In this document: positions 54,369 through 64,000 of the stretch, in pieces
Layout of the letters: every line of letters begins with the position of its first letter
Position numbering within the stretch: the first letter of the stretch is position 1
Origin: Octopus vulgaris
Taxonomy: Eukaryota
Assembly (NCBI GenBank): GCA_951406725.2
Contig: OX597836.1
Span: 11,160,001-11,224,000 of the forward strand
Direction: 5' to 3'
DNA: 64,000 nt
Notes under the pieces: generated by a model
The model's input: the letters and a program-made list of their open reading frames with translations, nothing else
Told to the model about the DNA's origin: nothing
Databases searched by the model: none
Position numbers and translations under genes: made by a program

Positions 54369-54918
54369 CACATAGGATCATACGAATGTAGAGATACTTG
54401 TGACCTTAGAAGCGAAGCAATTTATCTCTTAAACGAAGGCGAGTTCCATATTCTGTGTGTAGAAATTTTGCTATTTTATATTTAATTTCAACTGATAAAC
54501 GAAGGGGACGACTTATATAATCGACAATGTTTGAATATGAATGGAATAAGTTTTGTACCAAGATTTAACGCTAAATTTGGGCTGCACTTTATACAGGAGT
54601 GCAACGTATACACGAATAAATATGATAAACAGCTGTAGATGGAAAACAAAACTAAGACAAGTCAGATGTAAGGCATTATAGACTGTAGATATTAGCGGAA
54701 ATGAACAAAATAATAACGAAGTATAGCTGTGTGGTTAAAAGATACTCATTTTCCAACTATGCGGTTCTGGCCTCACAAAAACACACATATACATACATAC
54801 ATACATAAATACATACATACATACATACAGACAGACAGACAGACAGACATGCAGATAGAAGCATTTACTCTTTTACTATTTTATACACAACATCTGATAG
54901 TGAGGTGACTATCAGATG

Positions 54919-55372
54919 CTGCATACTGGGGTCGATTTAATCGATAGGCACCCTCTCCCCCAAAAATTTCGGGCCTTGTGCCTCGAGTAGAAAAGATATC
55001 CGATTAGCCATTATACAAGTGTTGCTACATTTTTTTGACGGATACGCCCGTCGTTACGTTCTGATTTCAAATTCCGCCGAGGTCAATTTTGCCTTTCATC
55101 TTTCCGGGGTCAATAAATTAAGTACCAGCTGCATACTGGGGTCGATCTAATCGACTGCCACCCTCTCCCTCAAAATTTCGGGCCTTGTGCTTAGAGTAGA
55201 AAATATATCCTATAAGCTTTATACAAGTGTCTATACGTTCTGATTTCAAGGTCAATGTTGCCTTTCATCTTTTCGTGGTCGATAAATTAAGTACCAGTTG
55301 TGTACTGGAGTCGGTGTAACCGACTTATTTTCACCCACAAAATTTCGGGCATTGTGCCTATAATAGAAAGGA
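54919..55372 (+). mobile_element. Three partial family B units with tail 2, interspersed with duplicated flank
   Basis: caaaatttcgggc.ttgtgc....agtagaaa occurs three times; gatatcc.at.agc..ttatacaagtgt occurs twice. Confidence 0.8.
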
Positions 55373-55903
55373 TATTTAGACGGCTACTTAAACTTTATCT
55401 AAAAATATAATTTCAATCGTTCTTTTATTTTATATTTTAGATATATTATTTGTTAAAGACAAAATTACAGATTGTACTATTTTTTTTTTTTTTCCATTTT
55501 ATTTTACAAAGAAATGACTCTGGCCTCTTTGAAACGAGATAAATGTAGTAAAATGGTCTGCGGCTACTATTGAAGATATTGGCTGTTGTGAAAGTTGAGA
55601 ATTCATCAAAGGAAGATCTTAACTAAAGACCTAAAGCCATTGCGCTTGATCACACTGGGGAAACAGCATGCACGTCGGGCAATGACAGATAATGAACTGG
55701 AGTCTGTGTCCATCCTCTTACTGATGTGTCTATATGTGTATACACATGTGTATGTTCGCATGTGTGTGTGTGTATTTGTGTGTATGTGTGGAGTGGAGTG
55801 GAGTGGAATGGTGTGGTCGGGTGTGTGGTTGGAGACTCAGACAAAGCATGATGAAATGTTGAAGAAGTTTGCGTCTCATTCGTGGTATTTCAGGTTCGAT
55901 AAA

Positions 55904-56632
55904 GGCGGCGAGCTGGCAGAAACGTTAGCACGAGCGGGCGAAGTGCGTAGCCATATTTCGTCTGCCGTTACGTTCTCAGTTCAAATTCCGCCGAGGTCGA
56001 CTTTGCCTTTCATCCTTTCGGGGTCGATAAATTAAGTACCAGTTACGAACTGGGGTCGATATAATCAACTTAATCCGTTTGTCGGTCCTTGTTTGTCCTC
56101 TCTGTATTTAGCCCCTTGTGGGTAGTAAAGAAATAAGAAACGTTAGCACGCAGGGCGAAATGCGTAGCCGTATTTCGTCTGCCGTTACGTTCTGAGTTCA
56201 AATTCCGCCGAGGTCGACTTTGTCTTTCATCCTTTCGGGGTCGATAAATTAAGTACCAGTTACGAACTGGGGTCGATGTAGTCGACTTAATCCATTTGTC
56301 TGTCCTTGTTTGTCCTTTCTGTGTTTAGCTCCTTGTGGGTAGTAAAGAAATAAGAAACATTAGCACGCCGGGCGAAATGCGTAGCTGTATTTCGTCTGCC
56401 GTTACGTTCTGAGTTCAAATTCCGCCGGGGTCGACTTTGCCTTTCATCCTTTCGAGGTCGATAAATTAAGTACCAGTAACGAACTTGGATCGATGTAATC
56501 GACTTAATACCTATGTCTGTCCTTGTTTGTCCCCTCTATGTTTAGGTGGAAGTTGAACTCAGAAAGTAGCGGCAGACGAAATACCGCTAAGCATTTCGCC
56601 CGGTGTGCTAACGTTTCTGCCAGCTCGCCGCC
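55904..56632 (+). mobile_element. Family B trimer (about 218-bp units) followed by an inverted family B head (56546-56632)
   Basis: Units begin near 55904, 56137 and 56355; the terminal segment is the reverse complement of the first head. Confidence 0.92.
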
Positions 56633-56829
56633 TTACTGTATGGTAAGAAGCAAACTTCTTACCACACAGCAACGCCTGCTTGGTTAGGATAAAATTATAT
56701 ATATATTCAATGTGGTATACATAACTTAGACTGGATTCGAACCCTCACTCTCTATATTACATTTGACATCGATTTACCAATTACTTCTAACTTAGACTTA
56801 GATTGGTCTTGAACCCTAGTTTCATAAAT

Positions 56830-57079
56830 CCGGAGCTTGGCCCGTTTTCTATGGCGTATAAAGGACTGGGATTACTGCACTAACTTACCACAGGACTGGA
56901 CGCTAGTCCTTCGCATAGTTACCTTCCCAAGTAACTTATTGGAATTTATTCATACCAGAACGAAGAGGAGGGACGTGAAAGAATGTGTCTTCTTCATGAA
57001 CAACAACTCAACGCCGCGTTCGGGAATAGAAACCACGACGTTAAGATCGTGAATGTAACACCTCTAGCCACTTAGCCAC
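56830..57079 (-). mobile_element. Old decayed tRNA-derived SINE
   Basis: Minus-strand head gtggctaagtggctagagg...gtggtttctattcccg; similar in layout to the remnant at 2340-2570. Confidence 0.5.
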
Positions 57080-58239
57080 TCTGTTTCATATTGATTTCTC
57101 CCCAAGAAAGAAAAGAAAGTGAAATACAATACAATGATAAAGCGCTAGCAGAAAAACGACAACGAAAACGAAAGTAAAAATGACGTACCGAACGAATGAC
57201 GTCACATCTCTATAGTCGCCATTGTGATTTTTCTCTCAATTGTTTCTTCCGTGTAATTCAATTTTCATGTTCTTTATTCTCATGGTCACCTTCACATCTT
57301 AAACACGCCAGAGTCTCTGATATTTTCAAGTTAAGAATATCGATGTGAAATTTCAATTCTTATTATTTGTATTTTCCCACAGATATCTAACGTATTTAAA
57401 AAAAGAAAACCTAAAAAGAAAAACTCTGAATTAAACACACAAATATATACAAATAAACAAAGCTGCTTATTTAAACTAATTCAATGAGGTCAGACATGCT
57501 CTAAAAACCTTTTTTTTTATCTCTAGTATTCCAATTTTAACCAACCCTTTTATGGAATATTAAAGTTATTAATTTTCTTGGGAACTTCTCAATATCTGTT
57601 TTCACTTCGCTATCAAAGATTCGTTTATTCGCTTGTTTATTTTTTACTTCAAAAATTTATTTTTCTTTCAATTGAATAGGTTGTTGCGTTTATCTGAAAA
57701 GCTCAGGGAACATGTTTGCCAAAGAAAAAAAAAATGAAAGAAATAATGAATAAATAAAATTCGTGTTTATTTTGTGTCGTTATCTCCTTCATTATATTTC
57801 ACCAAACTTTCAAGTTTTCTTAGTTCTATAATTTACTGGAAAAAAACTCAAACAACAACAACAACTTCAATAATAATAATAATAATAATAATAATGATAA
57901 AAATCTAGCTGTGTCATCGATTTCGTTGAATTCTATGACAAAATTTTTTCTCATTTCCCTGTAGCTGGTCCATAACAGACGAATTTGTAACAGACGATAT
58001 TTGAAGAAGATTATCTCTTAGTCAGTCTGCCTGCATGTCTGTCTGCTGCTCTGTCTCTCTCACTCTTTCTTCCTCTTTCTCGACCACACTATGTCTCTCT
58101 CTCTCTCTACACGTACACATACATGTACATACAATATGTGTGCGTGTGTGTTTGCTGGATTATTGCTTTGAGGATGCGTATAAATGTAATTTCCCATACA
58201 TCTCTATGCCTTTATATGTATATGAAGCTGGCACTCCAT

Positions 58240-58289
58240 CACCCATTCTCTCTCTCTCTCTCTCTCTCTCTCCCACACACACACACACG

Positions 58290-58324
<35 letters not shown>

Positions 58325-58632
58325 TCACACTCGCGTGCGAACATACACACACATATATGACATAGAAGGATAAATAGATAGATAGGTAGACGAATTGAAA
58401 TATAGATAGATATGTAAATATTTGCAGGCATCTAAATGTATCTACTTGTCTATGTATGTATGTATGTATGTATGTATGTATGTATGTATGTATGTATGTA
58501 TGTATGTATGTATTTATGTATGTATGTATGTATGCATGTATCTATCTATCTATAACTATACCTATACTTGTGTATATATATATAGAGAGAGAGAAGCAAA
58601 TCAAAAATTAAAGATAAGAAAACAACTAAAGT

Positions 58633-58682
<50 letters not shown>

Positions 58683-58807
58683 AAGTAGAGATGCATATGT
58701 ATATGCATCTGCATACATATACATACATACATAAATACATACATACATACATACATGCACACACACATACATATCTATCGATTTATCTATCTATCTATCG
58801 ATATAAG

Positions 58808-58838
<31 letters not shown>

Positions 58839-58891
58839 TTCTATTTATCTCTATCTATCGATGTATCTACGTGTCTATGTATGTATCTATC

Positions 58892-58931
<40 letters not shown>

Positions 58932-58942
58932 TGGATAGATGG

Positions 58943-58995
<53 letters not shown>
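58240..58995. repeat. Compound TC/CA/TATG/TA/GA microsatellites
   Basis: Direct reading. Confidence 0.93.
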
Positions 58996-58997
<2 letters not shown>

Positions 58998-59529
58998 TTG
59001 TATGAGATTGAGATGCAGTACGCCTCCGTGTGTATCTCTCTCAAAATGTCTTCTCTATGTGACACTGTACGTATATTTATTAATCTATGACTTCTTGTGA
59101 ATATCGCCATTGTGTGAATACACGCATGAGCGAATGTGTATATGTGTGCATTCGCGAATGCGGGTGTATATGCATGTATGTAACTCTCACAATGTCTATT
59201 TGTGTATCTCCACCTCGTCATCCTCTTCGTCTTCTCGCTTCACCCCTTCCTCTTCACTATATCTCTTCTCACTGTATGCTTTTTTTCCCCCGTGTTATTC
59301 TTTCTTTATCAATGTAGAGAAGAGATAGCTACCACCCCGTCTATCCACCCACGTGACTGCACAACGTATCGTCTGCTTCGCTCCGTGTCAGTTTATATTA
59401 ATAACCAAACAAAACTATCGAACTTTCCAGACTATCTCCGCACAATGGAAACAGAATCCACACAACTAATATCTCATATTGTGACATACAATATATCAGA
59501 AATGTAGAAATATCATCAAATACGCGTAT

Positions 59530-59683
59530 GCGTGCACATGCACACACATACATATACACCTATATACACATACATATATATATATGTACATATATATATA
59601 TGTATCTCTCTCTCTATATAAAGTGTATATATATATATATATATGTATATATATGTATATATATAGATATATGTATATATATG

Positions 59684-59757
<74 letters not shown>

Positions 59758-59975
59758 TGTTCTTAGTACGAAACAATTGTACTAAACTACTAATCCATTC
59801 TTTTTGCATTTTTCCTTGGTTATATATATATATATCAGATAAAGATAGACAGATAGACAGACAGATAGATTGATAGACAGACAGATAGATTGATAGACAG
59901 ACAGATAGATTGATAGATAGACTGACTGGTGGATAGAGTGAATGACAGATAGATAGACGGATAGATAGATAGATT

Positions 59976-60011
<36 letters not shown>

Positions 60012-60345
60012 CATACATACATACATACATACATACATACATACTTATATACATACATTGACAGTCCGACAAATAGAAAGACATAAAGATGGATACATGC
60101 ATGCATTGAGAGACAGATAGATAGATAGAGAGATAGAGAGATGGAAAGACTGGTTGAATAATTGAGTGATTGATTAATTGATGGAGAGATGCAGCGCTGT
60201 ATATATATACATGAGTAATGACAGAGAAAATCTGTGTGTATGTGTGTGTGTGAGTTTGCGTATGCATATATTTATCTATACAGAGGTGTCTATGTATACA
60301 TGTATATATATACACACACATATATATATACACGCATATATATAC

Positions 60346-60385
<40 letters not shown>

Positions 60386-60835
60386 ATATATACATATATG
60401 TACACACATACATAAATATATATTATATATAGGCTCTCACATGCATACGTCTACATATACGTATATATACTTATATATGCGTGTGTTCGCGTGCTCGAAT
60501 ATTGTACGAGGGTGTGTCGGTATGTAAGCGTGTGTGCATATACATATATGTAAACAGCACCTGCTCTGAAGTACCCGATGGGAGTGTGTTCCTACTGGGA
60601 TGGGTTGGCGTGTCAATGAAGTCAGTGCTAAACCAATCCATTATATTACAGAGCTAATGGCAGCTTATACATACATACGTATATATATATATATATATAT
60701 AATAATAAATAATATATATAACATACATATGTACATACATATATATGCATATGCATATATATATACATACATATATATGAATATATATATATATACATAT
60801 ATATGTATCTATATATATATACATACACACATATG

Positions 60836-60878
<43 letters not shown>

Positions 60879-60881
60879 GTC

Positions 60882-60953
<72 letters not shown>

Positions 60954-60990
60954 TGTGTGTGTGTATGTATAATATGTATATGTATGTCTA
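59530..60990. repeat. Compound TA/GATA/GACA/TG microsatellites
   Basis: Direct reading; short unique islands near 59755-59820 and 60545-60665. Confidence 0.9.
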
Positions 60991-62504
60991 TATGTCAAAC
61001 GAAAGCATGTTATGCTAACAATTTTCTACTGAATTCGTTATTTTCACAAATATATTAATAAACACTTACGTAACAAAACACCACCAGAATTGCTGAAAAA
61101 CAGCTAAAATATTCTGCAAAGGATCTGTATACATTCCCTAACGAGGTGACAAGGCTAAGCAGTGACGTGTAGAAATACAAACGTGTTTCTTGTTCAAATA
61201 TGGTTGAGTCAGAGAAATTTTCTCCATTACAATAAAAAATGTATGGCTTTCTTAGGTGTTCCAGTATACTTCAAGCATTTTTGAATTGGCAACAAGTTTG
61301 TATACATGCTTCGGAATTGAAATAAATGTCGAAAATTTTATACCGCCAGTTTGTTTATCTTGTGCATCTGTAAAACTGGACTTAGCCTACCTTTGGTTTT
61401 GTAATGGCGACCAGGTTCGAGACGCTCCGGCCAATGACAGGTGAAGACAGACTAAGATGAGGTTTGTGTATGTCCGTAAGATTAGAACCCCAAAATGAAT
61501 GCCTCGTCTATCTATCTATCCATCTATTATTATTATTATTAATACTATTATTATTATTATTATTATTATTATTGTTGTTGTTGTTGTTGTTGTTGTTGTC
61601 GTCATAATTTTTTAATAGAAAAAAAATCAGTTAACACGCACATTAAAAATACAATTTGTAAGCGGAACGATAAAAATATGTAAAAGTTTTGGCAAATTCA
61701 ACACGTGGCGTTGATTTTGTTATCTACATTCCAAAGATGGAATTTGGTATATTTTGCATGAACTAACTCCCTCCTCACAGGAATATTTCAAATAATTAAA
61801 AATGAGAGGAGAACATACATACATACACACATGCATACATTATACACACATTCATACATATGTACATGCATATATATATACATACTTACAAAGACACATG
61901 AAAACATACATACATACATACATACATACATACATACATACATACATACATACAAGAGATGTGGCTGTTTCCTCTGCCCTTCTCTTTACAATGTCGATTC
62001 GCTTCCAGTTATAGACCATTTCGCAACATTCATCTATCAAAACGTTTTCGTTAGCAACATATCGTTGGAAGAGGGTTAGTTGTTGCTATCTTCTCAACAT
62101 ACATCCGGTTCGTGCTCATTATTAATTTATGTATTAATTTTGGATTCTACAATTTCCTTCCATAAGACATGGTAGGGTTTTGGTAAGAAAAAAACAGAAT
62201 TGATGCCGCGCCAGAACTGATGCTGCATGTCTGGTGCCGAAACCGATGCAATGCAAACGGATAACTTTAAAGATTCACCTAGTTTGTGCTCTCTGGAGCT
62301 TGAGCAAATATGGAGACCTTGGTTGTGGTACGTGTTATGATCCGAGTGCACACATATCTCCCTACCTAATTAGACACAGGCAGAAAAGTTCAGATAATGA
62401 AATGTCTGGAAAAATAGTGCAAGGCGTTCTGTTTGACGCTCGAGTGTTTCTGCCCAAACACCATTCTGAAACAAATGAACAAATAAAAGAATCTTGTTTT
62501 TAAC

Positions 62505-62681
62505 AATGATGTAGGTGATGTTGTTGTTGTTGTTGTTGAGGATGATGATGATGATGGTGGTGGTGGTGGTGATGATGATGTTTATATGATGTAGTGGTAT
62601 TAGTAGTAGTAGTAGTAGTCGTAGTAGTAAGAAGAGTCGTAGTAGTAGAGGAAGAAGGAAACAAAAGTAGTAGTAGTAGTC

Positions 62682-62724
<43 letters not shown>

Positions 62725-62910
62725 AAGTGGTCGTACTAGTATTAATAGTAGTAGTATTACTAGAAGAAGGTAGAGGAGGAGATGATGATGATGATGATGA
62801 AGAAGAAGAAGAAGAAGAAGAAGAAAGAGAAGAAGAAGAAGAAGGAGGAGAAGAAGAGGAAGGAGAAGAATAAGAATAAGAAGAAGGTGAAGAAGAAGAA
62901 GAAGAAGGCA

Positions 62911-62941
<31 letters not shown>

Positions 62942-62953
62942 AGAAGAAGAAGA

Positions 62954-63050
<97 letters not shown>

Positions 63051-63179
63051 AGGGCGATGTTAAGCACGTTGACCCCTGTGCATGACTGGCTCACAGTTTA
63101 TCGAACCTGAAGAAATGAAAGCCAAAGAAGACACCGGCGAAAATCGATCTCAGAACAGAAATATTGGACGAATTGACGC

Positions 63180-63230
<51 letters not shown>

Positions 63231-63247
63231 TAATAATAATATTAATG

Positions 63248-63301
<54 letters not shown>

Positions 63302-63307
63302 TTAATG

Positions 63308-63366
<59 letters not shown>
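62505..63366. repeat. Series of trinucleotide repeats (GTT, GAT, GGT, GTA, GAA, GAT, AAT) interrupted by a decayed family B fragment (about 63050-63180)
   Basis: Direct reading. Confidence 0.95.
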
Positions 63367-63367
<1 letters not shown>

Positions 63368-63937
63368 GCATTTATACCGTGCAAATTCCCTCCTGTGAGA
63401 GATAATATATTTTACGTAATGAAACAAGTTGTAGAAAAAGCAAAACACTTAATCTTTGCATTTTTTTTGCAAAGATTGTCGCAGTTAACACGAGATCATT
63501 CACAGCCAGGAGTTTCACATTTAGTGAAAAAAAAATGTACGCAGAAAATGACAAAAAAATGGAAAAAAAAACACATTACAGAATAAAATTACATCTTTAT
63601 CTCCTTTAGTTAATACAGATTTAATATCAATGTCGGATAATGATATAATTGTAAGTCTTTCCTATCGTCACTTGCATTTTTTTTCTTCTATCATTATTAT
63701 TATTATTATTATTATTATTTATTATTTTTATTTTTGCTATGACGCAAACCTGGGTATTATTAAATGTATTATATGATAAGTATTTGCTGTTTTTGGTGGG
63801 GTGATTTTTTTTTCTAGGAGGGGATATTTTTTGAAGATAAGAAATATATCGTGTTGTGTTGTGTGGCACTTTGCAATGAAATTAATACAGGTTTATTATT
63901 TAGATCTTTGGGGTTGGATGACAAATATTATACACAT

Positions 63938-64000
63938 GCACAGGCGTGGCTCTGTGTTTAAGAAGCTTATCTCCCAAGCACATCGTTCAGAGTTCAGTCC
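63938..64000 (+). mobile_element. Diverged family A SINE head, cut by the window edge
   Basis: gcacaggcgtggctctgtgtttaagaagctt...gagttcagtcc. Confidence 0.7.

Noticed and set aside
62215-62252. CUGAUGC...GAAAC near-hammerhead
   Set aside because: A9, the stem II closing pair and the cleavage triplet are all non-canonical.

Overview
AT-rich eukaryotic non-coding DNA (intronic or intergenic). The repeat landscape points to an octopus-like cephalopod genome (inference). No complete protein-coding gene is recognisable, and almost every ORF in the track is a translated microsatellite or SINE. Contents: (i) three tRNA-derived SINE groups, labelled here family A (internal microsatellite, (AAAAGAGT)n tail), family B (usually head-to-tail multimers) and family C (tRNA-Arg-like head, resembling octopus OR1/OR2); (ii) two copies of one internally deleted mariner plus a decayed fragment of another mariner; (iii) two non-autonomous Helitrons; (iv) remnants of two different Penelope-like retroelement (PLE) GIY-YIG endonucleases; (v) several foldback elements and very long microsatellites. 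The most notable signal is a set of about six hammerhead-ribozyme-like motifs. One of them (52607-52710, +) has a fully intact catalytic core, a palindromic stem III and an unusually large branched insertion in stem II. It lies back-to-back with a second, mutated long-stem-II hammerhead. A few splice-site-bounded segments may be host exons, but none could be identified.
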